From Octopus vulgaris (lineage: Eukaryota): a stretch of DNA of 64,000 bases. The stretch spans positions 38,998,001 through 39,062,000 of the forward strand of contig OX597829.1 in NCBI GenBank assembly GCA_951406725.2, read 5' to 3'. This document shows, one piece after another, positions 23,501-36,418 of this stretch (position 1 is the first letter of the stretch; each line of letters opens with the position of its first letter). The notes beneath the pieces were generated by a model. It did no database searches. It was not told where the DNA came from and saw only the letters and a list, made by a program, of their open reading frames with translations. The position numbers were made by a program, and so were the translations under genes.

Positions 23501-26500
23501 AAATATTGTTTTATGCTCACACTGGTCAGATCTGGCTTCTCACACCTACCTTACAATGGTCATTCCAAAGATAATTGCATCATTGAAAACTCAAAGCTAT
23601 GAGATAATGTGTAAGTAATTCAAAACAATGAGAATAAATTACATTTAACAGAGTAATCTGAATACACACTTTGGGATAGTGTTGTCTATAGCAGTTCATC
23701 TTGCCATCGATTGTTGAGCATTACAAAGGATTCGCTGACCAAGTAGATATAGCCTGGGTTTGGAGCTAGTGATAAATATGCTAGTTAACCAATAGCTGGG
23801 ACCCTAACAGATGCTATTACTCAGGGTCAGAGCAGAGAACAAAAGTGACTAAGAGGTGGTTCCACACACCTCAAAACCCAAGAACTCCCACGCAAAAGCC
23901 CAAATACTGTGTAATTCAAAACAATGAGAATAATTAAGTGTTATATTTGACAGAGTAATCTGAATGCTAAAAGCTAACAAAGATAAGATCACATCACAAT
24001 GACTGATCCTACTCTTCAGGTTTAAGAAGTACTTCAGCACCTGGTAATTATTAAAATGGTACAAAGCTCAACTGAAGGCCACATGAACCATCCAAAAGAT
24101 TAACATAAAATCTCTCACAAACAAAGCTTCTGGCCCATAGGCATGCATACTATTTAACTTACTGTCTTCTCTGTCAGTACTATAATGGCCTTTGCCCCTC
24201 AGATCTGGATGATTCATGTCACCTCCACTCCAACAATCCTGTCTCACTCATCTCCTCCTCTTAATTGTACTTGTGGGTGGCTTGAGCCATTCTGACTAAT
24301 GAGTTCACCACATCCGTCATGAATACTGACCATGTCTGACATTTGGCCCTAACATTCCAGCAGGCAAAGCTTCTGCCTGTGCCCCCAAAATCCAGCTCAT
24401 AAATCTGAGAAATGCCCCACTGGGAAAGCAAGAGCATCAAATAGCATGGACACCATAGTTGAGGCGTTCAGTTCATGTCCAGAATTTCAGCAAGAATACA
24501 AATTCACATGTGATTCCCAGTCGCATTCATACACACTTTGGGATAGTGTTGTCTATAGCAGCTCATCTTGCCATCGATTGTCGAGCATTACAAAGGATTC
24601 GCTGACCAAGTCACTGATGATTACCAGAGTAGATATAGACTGGGTTTGGAGCCGGTGATAAACATGCTAGTTAACCCATAGCTGGAACCCTAACAGATGC
24701 TACTACTCCAGGTCAGAGCAGACCTGAGAACAAAAGTGACTAAGAGGTTTTTCCAAACACACCTCAAAACCCAAGAACTCCCACGCAGAAGCCCCAATAC
24801 TGGATGCAGTTTAAAGTCTTGCTCAAGACATAATCCCCCTATATCTATGGACTTTAACAATGAGAAGGAAAAGCAGCTGAAAGTTTGATTTTAGTAAAGT
24901 TTAATTTTTGAATCTTTTACATAATAGTTTGATAATATTGGTTGATATATATTGGTTTACCAAAATTAAAAGACTTGTTTTATATACAAGAATAGTTAAT
25001 GTGGTATGGTTATTATTTTAGGAATGAATGGTGGTGAAATGCTGAGCGATTTTTATTGTAGCTAGTCAATTGATATTACATTTGAATCCAAGTTAATTAT
25101 AGGAGTATACAACCAAGCCTACACCAGGCCTTGCACTAATTATTACCCCCAATCCTTCCTTCACATAACACCATCCCTCTGGAATTCCCTCCGTACTCCT
25201 CTAAGTGTTGACTTATGAAGTTTCAGGTGAAATATTAATGGCATGATTCTCACCAGTCTCAGTGAGACCATGATTGTCATGGACACTGTCCCTTTAACCA
25301 GACACAGCAAATAGAACAAAAAGGGGGAAAAAAAAAAAAAACAAATACAATCACTGATTATATCTCTATATATATAAACGGCAAAATGTCTGTCTGTGTG
25401 TGTGTCCTTTATACAAATCCACAATTTTTCAGTTAGAGGGCTCGCACTTTCTATGGCCATTCAAAACCGTTCAAGGGTGGTCGTGCACATCTTTACATTT
25501 CCCCAGTCACCCCGCAAAGCCTTTAAAAAATCAATAGAAGTGACTTTTTGTGAATTTTCTATCCGAAACCCAATCAAAATGCCTGAAACTTGATACGCCA
25601 ATTGAATGCCAGCTAGCAGTATGTGATTGGTCGGAGATTTGGACAAACAAAACAGAAAAAAATGTTACTGACAATCTTCAGTTGGTCCAAGAAAGTTGAT
25701 TTACTCAAAGTTCTTGATGTTAAGCAACTCAGAAGATAGTTCACAGTGAGCCTCATAAACATATATGAAATTATAAGGTGCTTCACCTTGTGAACTGCAT
25801 GGCACCTTGGACGTGTGTCTACTTCTATAGCTACAGGATGGACATGCTTTTTTGAATGGATTTGGTAGATGGAAAACATGCGTGTGCATGTGTGTGTGTA
25901 GGTCGATTGTCTGTAGGTCAGAAAAAAGCCCACTCTAAAAGAAAATGTGATAATTATACTTTTATATTATGAAGTAATATATGCAATAACCAGAATATGC
26001 TATTTGACAATGTGTGTGTGTATGTGAAAGGGAGAGAGAGCGTTTGTCCCCACCACACCTCGACAGCTGGTGTTGGTTTGTTTATGTCCCCTATAACTTA
26101 GTTATAGCAAACTACACACACACACAAAGTACTGAGGTCGATTTGTTTCACTAAAGAAAACCTTCAAGACAGTACTCCAGCAAGGCCACAGTCCAAAGAC
26201 TGAAACAAAACAATAGATCCTAATAGTGACATAGCCTTTACTTTTCTCAGAAGGGTTGCACCCCACGTAAAATTTCAGATACCTAAGTGCCCTGCAACTT
26301 CGAAAATACAGTTTCTCTTCCATTATTCTACAGTAGGTGATTGACAGAATCAACAGAGTGTTGGACAAAATACTTTACAATCTGAGTTCAAATCCTGCTG
26401 AGGTCCAGTTTGTCTTCCATCCATTTGGGTTGTGAAATAAAGTGCCAGTCAAGTACTGGGGTCAATGGTATTCAGAAAAGGCAATCCTGAAAATTTCTGG

Positions 26501-27389
26501 TCCTTTACTGAAAGAAGCCTGTCGTGTGTGTGTGTCCGTGTCCGTCCGTCCACCACCATCACTTGACAACTGATGTGTTTATGTCTACAATAAATTAGCA
26601 GTTCAGCAAAAGACACCAATAGAATAAGTACCAGGTTTATAAAAACCAAGTCTTAGGGGTCAGTTTCTTCGACTAGAAGTTGGTGCTCCAGAATGGTCGC
26701 AGTCTAGTGATTGAAACTAGTTGAAGAATATAAACAATGTTGAGAAAATTGAGAAACTGCTAATAGTACATCTTCTACGGAGTTAATTAGACATTTCCCT
26801 CAATACTGTAGCCAATAAATAAATAAATACACAATTGTGAGATAAATAAATAAATAAGATAAAAAAATAAATACACAATTTTGACTAAATTGTACAACTT
26901 TTAAAATAGTAATTATTTTTTTAAATCCTTAAAAACAATTTTTTTATATAGCTTTTGGGAAATTCCATGCAATTTTGAAAAGTAGGTTAGAGTAACCCAT
27001 ATTTTGAGAAAAAGTTGCATTTTTGCAGTTTTCTTTCCAGAGCAGTGTGATCTTTCCTGCAGAGAACAAGGCTGGAAGCCAGACAACTAAAGAAAGTCAT
27101 CAAGGAAATGGACAAGGCAGCTGAAACGAGCTGAAGATTGCTGTAGTTCATAAGAGACCACAACTGGAACTCTTCCATTGCTGCTGTACTCAGGTGAAGC
27201 ATGCAAGCTAACAGGTGAAATACCTGTAACCCTGAGATACCAGCTAACAATGCAGAAGGGTTTCCGACATTATAATAGATTTACTTGAGCTTGAAAAACA
27301 TCCGAGTAGCTCCTGCAATTTCTGCATAGGGAAAAAGCATCCTCGATGTTTACTTCACCTATGTCACACACACGTTATATATATTTGGG

Positions 27390-27748
27390 AGGCGGTTGGA
27401 TGGAACCTACACTCGCCTCCTTATGAGAGCTCAAAATCTCTTGTGGAGGCGCCATCCAACCAAAATGCAAATATATGGGAAGCTACCACCTGTGTCATCT
27501 CTTGTGAAAGGTAGGAGAGTCCAGTTTGCTGGACATTGTCGTAGAGCTAAAAATAAGGTAATTTCTACTCTTCTCCTCTGGAAGCCATCTGCTCGCGATA
27601 CCAGAGGGCGCACACTCTCCTACTTTGATGTAATCTCCAGGGATACAGGCATCCAGCAACAGGACTTCCGTAATGCCATGATGGACTGTGAAGTCTGGCG
27701 TAGCATGGTAAATTCCATTGTCTCAACCATGGTCAAACAATGATGATG

Positions 27749-27750
<2 letters not shown>
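27390..27750 (+). mobile_element. 3' end of an RTE-like LINE; second copy at 35423-35850 (-)
   Basis: DGTYTRLL...RRVQFAGHC...LLLWKP ending in a (TGA)n tail; two similar copies. Confidence 0.8.
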
Positions 27751-27813
<63 letters not shown>

Positions 27814-28360
27814 CAAATTTTGGCTCAAAGTCAGCCATTTTAGTGGGAGGGAGTTAGTCTATCACATTTACCCTGGTACTTGACTGGTTCTTTTTTTTTG
27901 ACGACCTCAAAAGTTTTAAAGGCAACAACGTGATCGTTGCCAGAGCGGCTAACTGGCTTCCGTGCCGGTGGCATGTAAACAGCACCATTCGAGCGTGATC
28001 GTTACCAGTGTCGGGACACTGGCACGTGAAAAAGACATTCAAGCGAGGTCATTGCCAGTGCCGCTGGACTGGCTCCTGTGCAGGTGGCACATAAAAAGCA
28101 CCATTTGAGCGTGGCCGTTGCCAGTACTGCCTGACTGGCCCTCGTGCCGGTGACATGTAAAAGCACCCACTACACTCTCAGAGTGATTGGCGTTAGGAAG
28201 GGCATCCAGCTGTAGGAACTCTGCCAAATCAAGATTGGAGCCTGGTGCAGCCATCTGGTTCGCCAGTCCTCAGTCAAATCGTTCAACCCATGCTAGCATG
28301 GAAAGCGGGTGTTAAACGATGATGATATGATATGATAAAATATATATATATATATATATA

Positions 28361-29798
28361 CTAGCAGAGATACCTGACGTTACCCGTGTTACATGCAATT
28401 GAAGAATTAGACTTTTCTGTTATATTTTCTCCAATGAACTGGAATATCTATGATTCGAATTTAATGAAAATCACAAATGAGGGTTGTTTCCCTCTTTACA
28501 CACCCCCAAAAAATTTCTAATCATGACACATGTATCCCATACTACTGATCTTTATGTGCAGATTCCAAAATTCCAGTCATATGGAACATGTTAAAAGGAT
28601 TTTGCTCCTGAAAAATGGAGGTCATGGAGCTCAAAAATGTGGGAGTTAAGGTGCCTATTGGGGATGGGTGTCTTAATGTCAAGCAGAGAAGTTGGATTGT
28701 TGAGAATCTTTATAATTTGCATCTTAATATGTATTGTTCGAATTTCTTTGAAATAGGAAATATATGTTCACTGGGTTTGTAAAAGAGAGCAAAGCTACAG
28801 GAAACCAAAAGACGAATGGTTACAATAAGCAGTCAGCTATCTTACCCTAGTCCTTACTACTCCCCAATGTAACATTCCTCACCATACAGGTGACAGGCAC
28901 AGCCGTAAGATCTATAGCAATTGGAAGGGCATGACCCAACCCAAACATTAACAACTGTGTGACATGAGGGCTAAGGGGAAATGAAAAAGTCACCTCTGGA
29001 GTTTGCAAATGACCACTATACTGATACGTAACTGGACAGAATAAATTTGCAATCTATAAATGTCTTTCAATAACCAGTCACTCATCTGGGAAGGCCTTGA
29101 AATCAATGTTACCATTGGGGGACTATGTGTGACCTAGTGATAATAAAAAGACTGAAAGGAGGTCTGCAACCAAATAACTTTACTGAACACTTTGCAACTG
29201 AATCAGTGGAGGCAAAGATGCCTCTCATTTACTTGACAATTTATGCACCACATTGCAGAAATCACAATCTAAGTATTCATCAACAGCAAAAAATATATGA
29301 ATTTTCATAGGGGTTATGGCTTATGCATAGAATATAATTTCCAAATTTCATAAGATCCATTCTGTACTTTTGACCTAGTTTTGGATCATAAAAAAATGAC
29401 TAAAATTTTGGAGTTAAGGCCCCCATTAGGGGGTCTTATAATCCTCATGAGAAGTGGAAACTTTGAGAATACTTCTTGATGTGTGTCAATCACCCATGGT
29501 TGAAATTTCATCAACATTGAAAATTTATAAATTTTCATGGGGATTCTGCCCCCTTTAAGCCATCTCAAATTCAAGCCAAACATACTGCATTATACCTGCC
29601 CTTATGCATTAAATCTAAGTTCCAAATATAAGGATCCATTCAGTAATTTTGGTCCATGAAATTGTATGAAACACACAGCATTACCCTTCTCCCTAGGCTT
29701 GGATTTTGTGTTCCAAATTTCATTAGGATCGGTGCAGCAGTTTTCGAATGTATAAGTAACACGAACACACATAAAGCCATTGACTTTCATATAATAGA
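28361..29798 (-). mobile_element. Non-autonomous Helitron-type element (about 1.44 kb)
   Basis: On the minus strand it starts A|TCTATTATAT and ends ...cacgggtaacgtcaggtatctctgCTAG|T, with a GC-rich subterminal segment. Confidence 0.7.
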
Positions 29799-32500
29799 TA
29801 TGAATATACATACATGTATGTGTGTGTGTGTGTGTGTGTGTATATGTATCACCAGTGTCCAATTTGGCATGATTTCTACAGCTGGGCGCCCTTCCTAAAG
29901 CCAATGACTTTACAGGGTTAGTCAGGTGGGGAGGGAGATATCTGTCAGTGGCACCAGTAAAGCAACAAAGCAGTTTGCAAGTTTACAAAACCTGAGGATG
30001 CATGGGGGTGGGGGCCTTTTATGCTAGGTAGGAGATAAAGTTATGAGAGAAAGGGTTGGAAGTGGAGTAGGTTCTTGTAGTAGTGAAGCTATATGGTAAT
30101 TCAACATCTCACATTTAGTCGATTATGATATAAACGCACGCGCACACACACACACACACTCGTGCTGCATATGCAAACACATACAGACACACGGTGCATG
30201 CCAATGATAGGAAATTTTAAATACATGTTGGCAGCAAAATAAACTCATTAAGGAACTTCATGCATGTGTGTGCGTGCATGCGTGTGTGTGTAATAGTTTG
30301 ATCTATAGGAAGGGTCGATGCTTAATGTTTTCAGTGGTCTTCAAAGATCAGTGAGATCATAATAGATAATGGTCCTCTTGGACAATATTTTTAGGATATA
30401 AAATATTCAAAGTCTGTTGAGTATTGAGTAAATATAGGGAACTTAACTGATGTAGTTTACTAGCAATACTTTTCCAACTCTGCACCCCCATGCTATGTGC
30501 ACATGCATGCACATTTTGCAACCAGCATACAAGAAATAAATGCATGCACAACATGTTAGGTTTCTAAAATAATGCAGTAATTAATAATTATGCATATTCA
30601 ATATTCACAAATCCTCGTTACAGGAAGAACATTTGCAACAAGATTTTTGCAAAAAATTACTAAAAACTTAAAAAGTGCATCGTAAACTAGACATGCATTA
30701 AATATTGGTTAATCTACACACACACACAAAAACTAAGATTCTACATCATTTCAAGCAATTATTCAATTAAGTACACACACACACAAGCAGCCTATTGTGA
30801 ATGAGATGTGATTTCTCATTACTAAAAAGGAAGTAATAGGAAGATAGGGAAAGGATAAATGGTTTGATAGTTCGTAGTTTTAAATAGAGATAAAGATCCA
30901 CAAAACATCAGATATATATCTTTTAAAAACTTTATTAAAAAAAATTAAACAATTAATTTATAATTAAGCTATGCTTGTTCAAGTAAAACAATTTTTATAT
31001 GGCCATCATCATCATCAAATTCATCATTTTGATTTGTTGGTATGAGTTGGATAGGTCTGCTTGTATGGATCATCAATCACTATTTATCACAGTTCATGGT
31101 TTTCATGTATGTAAAGCTCAGCATCCCAAGATCTGTCCTCACCACATCTTCCCATGTCTTTTTTCCCCCCCAACAAGTTTTTCTCTATAAACACACAACA
31201 CTTTTTTTCTCCAAGCACTCGTACATGTCCATATCAATCCCTATATTCAGTGATACTTTTAATACCCAGCCATACTACCACTTCATTCATATTCCAACTT
31301 ACATGTATAATTATTTAACTCAATGTACATTCAGTCTCCACAAATTAAATTTGTAATGTTTGAGTCTCACTACAATACACACATCTTAACATTTCCTACA
31401 TTTTATAGTGTCTTTCTCATGGTGAAAAAGATAGAGAAAGAAATCTTTTATTATTAAATTATAAATGTGGAGGTATATAAAAGATGTGAGAAAGAAAAAG
31501 GCCAATATAAATCAGATCTCAAACTGACAGCCACAAATGAGAGTTACAAGAAGGACCAATATCCTTAAAATACACCCAACTATGCATCCATCCTCTTCCT
31601 ACTCCTAAAATTCCTCATTCCTAGAATCTATACTGGGACATCTTGCTCATTCTTTCCCCTCTCCAAAACTGCAGCTATCCTTAAACTTGGGGAATTCTCT
31701 CCTGAACATTGAGCATATTATTTACCTCTACCTGGCTGTCTAGTAATATCTCTCTGGTAATATCTGAAAATGCTACAGGTAAGGCACTTTTACCACCAAC
31801 TTTACCACCAACCAAATTTCAAAACAAAACTCTGGAAGCATAAATAGTTTAATATTTAACTGAATAAGGAGCAATACTCAAAGCCTCCAAGACTGGTGAG
31901 TTGGATGTGGCGTTTGTTCAGTTGTAATTTAATTCTTGCAACTGACTGTACAAAGGCATTTTTATGTTTTTAAGGGACACTTTCATTTGACCATATCAAA
32001 CAGAATAACTCAGTGAGGTATTTGGTCATGTAGATCCTCTCAGTACCTGAGTAATTCACTTGAGAGACCAACATCAAGTTCCTTGCTTGATTATTGGTTG
32101 GTTGGTTGCTTGGTTATGGAAAAATTGTTCAAGAATATGGCAGTTGTAGAGAAAGGATGGAAAGAAGAGTGAAAAGAAGGAAGCATTAAGGGTGCAATAT
32201 TTGGTGCGGAATCTACAGGAGGTAGACCTTTGTTGTTGAGAGGTAAAAAAAAAAAAAAAAAAAAAATGAGGTGACACAGTAGCAGAGAGTGACAGAAGAG
32301 AAATATTGCAAACCTAGCCAACTTTTGCCAGCCTGGAAGAATAAATAGACGATGATGACGATGACAATGATGAGGTATGACAGCGATGATGTCAATGAAG
32401 ATGAAGTGGATATTAAAAAGTGATAAGAATAAAAGCAGCGCAGGAGAGACAGAGTAAGTGTATATGTGTGAGACAGAGAGAGAGAGAAAGGAGTGTTTAC

Positions 32501-32725
32501 CTAATAGCATTAGGAATGTTTGGTTTAGGACACTCAACCCTCTCAATAATCTCCTTGCTGACCGGTTCGTCCATAGTGGTTTGAAGTGTAGTTTTACTCA
32601 GTCTTTTACGATAATGTTCAGAGAATTTCTCTGTTGGTTGGAAACAGAAAGACACTGTAATGTCTCCGTGGCACAGCTGAGGTTCAAAACCGGGATGTGA
32701 GGCAAGCATTGAGCATCGGGTACGG
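32501..32725 (-). CDS. PDZD8: PDZD8 exon 8/12 (RTRCSMLASHPGFEPQLCHGDITVSFCFQPTEK...PNAIR)
   Basis: ttttgttttccag| acceptor, |gtaaac donor; 225 nt, phase 2 to 2, and only this frame is open. GFxxxxCxGDITxxF matches the recalled PDZD8 GFNDKFCYGDITIHF. Confidence 0.92.
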
Positions 32726-33610
32726 CTGGAAAACAAAAAAGTAAAAAGATAAATACAAAAATTAACAACTCCTTTCTTTACTAGCTTGCTTTGAGTATAC
32801 TGACCACACATACTTATTTCTTTACTACCCACAAGGGGCTAAACACAGGGAGGACAGACAAACGGATTAAGTCGATTATATCAACCCCAGTGTGTAACTG
32901 GTACTTATTTAACCGACCCCGAAAGGATGAAAGGCAAAGTCGACCTCGGCAGAATTTGAACTCGGAAAGTAGTGGCAGACGAAATACCTATTTCTTTACT
33001 GTCCACAAGGGACTAAACACAGAGAGGACAAACAAGGACAGACAAACGGATTAAGTTGATTATATCGACCCCAGTGTGTAACTGGTACTTATTTAACCGA
33101 CCCTGAAAGGATGAAAGGCAAAGTCGACCTCGGCGGAATTTGAACTCGGAATGTAGCGGCAGGTGAAATACGGCTACATATTTCGCCTGGCGTGTTAACA
33201 TTTCTGCCAGCTTGCCGCCTTTTGCTGACACATACTACACACACACACACACACACACTTATAGGTTTATTTCAGTCATTGGACTGTGGCCATGCTGGGG
33301 TACTGCTTTGGAGGGCTTTAAGTCAAACAAATTGTCTCCAGGACATAAGTCTGACATCTATCATACTCTTTTGCCAAACTGCTAAGTTACCCTAAACAAA
33401 CCAGCACCAGTTGTCAAGCAGTGGTGGGACAAGCACAAACACACAATAGGATTCTTTCAGTTTCTGTCTACCAAATCCACTCACAAGGATTGGGTTGACC
33501 ATGGGCTATAGCATAAGATACTTGCCCAAGATGTCATTTGGTTGGGAAGCAAATTTCTTACCACACAGTCACACCTATCTCTCTCTCATATATATATATA
33601 TAGATAAATA

Positions 33611-33644
<34 letters not shown>

Positions 33645-33647
<3 letters not shown>

Positions 33648-34030
33648 TTCAGCAAAATTTAGATTCAGATGAATATGGTACTTAAGTCAAAGGCACCAGA
33701 ATTTTGTATGGTATTATCCATATAAATCAAATGGGGTGATTATAATCAAAATAAGTAACATGTATATCCGAGGTAGACTAGTACAATTGTTTCATGCTAC
33801 TTCATTTTATTAAACACTAAGTATTACATCAGTTTTAAAATGTCGAGCAATCTTCAGCCACTTATAGAATTTTCCAATCAAATGGACAATGCATGGGAAA
33901 TTCTGTAAGTGGCTGAAGACTGCTTGACATTTTAAAACTGATGTAATACTTAGAGTGTTTAATAAAATGAAGTAGCATGAAACAATTGTACTACTCTACT
34001 TCGGATATACTTGTTGCTTATTTTGATTAT
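33645..34030 (-). mobile_element. Penelope-like fold-back, family H1 second copy, opposite orientation to 3818-4302
   Basis: Tail 33645-33740, arms about 33742-33875 and 33896-34030, adjacent to (TA)n. Confidence 0.7.
33908..33995 (+). ncRNA. Type I hammerhead motif (H1); mirror copy at 33777-33862 on the minus strand
   Basis: agtgg-CTGAAGA-ctgct...agcat-GAAA-caattg-TA-ctact; 5-bp stem I with one G-U pair. Confidence 0.7.
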
Positions 34031-34506
34031 ATATGAGTCATGTTTTAAACAGACACGACTCCTAGAACAACTACACATTAAAAATTAGTAAGACCACAAC
34101 ACCCATGTAATTCTTAAGTCCACCTTTTTCTTTAAGTTCCTAGTTTTTCTTATTCTGCTACTGATAAGTACTCTTTGACAACTCTGATTCTTAAAAATGA
34201 ATTTATTGTCTTTCTGTACAAAATGATCATTTAGCGAATTGAATAAGTATTTTATCCCTATTAACATCTAATCTCCTTCATTTATGAAAAATATGATTGA
34301 ATTTGTCAAACTTTGTTCTATAACTTAAGTTGTATACTTAATATACTAATATACTCATATATATATATATATTTATATATATATATATATATATCTTTGA
34401 ATAGGGCAGATGTCTACCAGCACTCATAAAAACTCCTATGCTATTTGTTGCTGGCTACTGTATGTTATTTTGAACATGTTGAGTTAATCGTATATGATCA
34501 TTATGT

Positions 34507-34574
34507 ATGCAGTACTCCATGTAGTGTAGAATAAATAATATACATGTAATGCTGAAACACATGTAGTACTGCAT
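34507..34574 (+). ncRNA. Degenerate hammerhead-like motif (core decayed)
   Basis: Perfect 9-bp stem atgcagtac/gtactgcat enclosing GAAA-cacatg-TA, but the CUGANGA position reads tccatgta. Confidence 0.35.
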
Positions 34575-35021
34575 TAATAAAAATATAAAAATCTCCATTC
34601 ACTATATATTTGTCTTTATACACATACACACACACATCCTTGAGTAGATAGACTAATACTTTATAAACTCTCCATGTTTCTATAGTTCCTGATGGTCATA
34701 TGATCTATGAGCACAATAGAAATAAAATGAAACAGAAACTATGGTGACATACTTCTGTATAAAAGACATACAACAATAATAATAATAATAATAATAATAA
34801 TGACAATACTCTTTACTCTTTTACTTGTTTCAGTCACTTGACTGTGGCCATGCTGGAGCACCACCTTTAGTCGAACAAATCGACCCCAGGACTTATTCCT
34901 TGTAAGCCTAGTACTTATTCTATTAGTCTTTTTGGTGAACCGCTAAGTTACGGGGACGAAAACACACCAGCATCTGTTGTCAAGCGATGTTGGAGTGACA
35001 AACACAGACACACAAATACAC

Positions 35022-35056
<35 letters not shown>

Positions 35057-36077
35057 CATGATGGGCTTCTTTCAGTTTCCGTCTACCAAATCCACTCTCA
35101 AGGCTTTGGCCGGCCCAAGGCTATAGTAGAAGACACTAGCCCAAGCTGCCACGCAGTGGGACTGAACCCAGAACCATGTGGTTGGTAAGCAAGCTACTTA
35201 CCACACAGCCACTCCTACACCTATATTTATATTCACTTTATTTATAAAGGTTTCAATATAATGATAAAAGAAGGTTCCACAGAAAGCAGCAGCAAGTTTT
35301 TATAAAGGGAATATCTACCATTCTTCACTAAACCTATGCAAATATGCATAAGCATTCTGCAACTATCATGCAAGAAATTAAACATACATAAAAGCTTAGT
35401 TGTCTTCTATAAGTTCAAAATGCATCATCATCATCATCATCATTGTTCGATCGTGGTCAAGACAATGGAATTTACTATGTTACACCATACCTCACGGTCC
35501 ATCATGGCATTACAGAGGTCCTGTTGCTGGATGCCTGTATCCCTGGAGATTACATCAGGGTAGGAGAGTGTGCGCCCTCTGGTATCACAAGCAGACGGCT
35601 TCCAGAGGAGAAGGGTAGAAATTACCTCGTTTTCTGCTCTACAACAATGTCCAGCAAACTGGACTCTTCTACCTTTCACAAGAGATGATACAGGTGGTAA
35701 TTTCCTATATATTTGTACTTTGGTTGGATGACACTTCCATGAGAAATTTTGAGCTTTCATAAGGAGGCGGGTGTAAGTTCCGTCCAACTGCCTCTCAAGC
35801 TTCTTTGATAACGTCCAGGTTTCTGAGCCATATAGTAGAATTGGTTTGACTATATACTTTTGTCACAGAAAAAAAATGGAGGGAATTGAATGCTAAAAAT
35901 TAAAAAAGGAATACGGGTCCCCATCTTCATCCTTAGAATACTTTCATAGAACTCACCTCTTCATACATGTATGGTGAAAAAGTGAAAAAGGAAAAAGAGG
36001 ATAAATGAGAGAAAAAGGAGATATGAGAGGATGAAAAAGACAGAGTGAGCGACAGAAAGAGAAAGACTGTTCTTTAA

Positions 36078-36298
36078 CCCTTTCATTACCAACCCGGCTG
36101 AAACCGGCTCTGGCTCTTTAGTACAAATATCTTGTTTTCATAAGTTTTGAATTAAAATCTTCCACCAAATCTCGGTTAAAATTTATGTTCCTGACACTCA
36201 CTGAATGATAACTAAGTTATTTTACTAAATTCTTTGTTATACTTAAAATAATTGAAAGAAACACAGAGCATCTCAAAATAAATGCAGTAACGAAAGGG
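36078..36298. mobile_element. piggyBac-type MITE with the same termini as 135-1216
   Basis: TTAA|CCCTTTCATTAC ... GTAACGAAAGGG|TTAA. Confidence 0.85.
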
Positions 36299-36311
36299 TT
36301 AAAATACATAC

Positions 36312-36418
36312 ATAGCTCCAGGTTTAGGCTCAGCAGGTATCAGGGGTCTTGTCTTCTGTGTATCTCCTTGAACAGTCGTTAAGCAATCCAATGCAATTTC
36401 ACTAAGAAGAAAACTTAC
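36312..36418 (-). CDS. PDZD8: PDZD8 exon 7/12: C2 domain (VSFLLSEIALDCLTTVQGDTQKTRPLIPAEPKPGA)
   Basis: ttttctcatttag| acceptor, |gtatgt donor; 107 nt, phase 0 to 2; similar to recalled PDZD8 VSLKLEDVALGCLAT. Confidence 0.9.
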
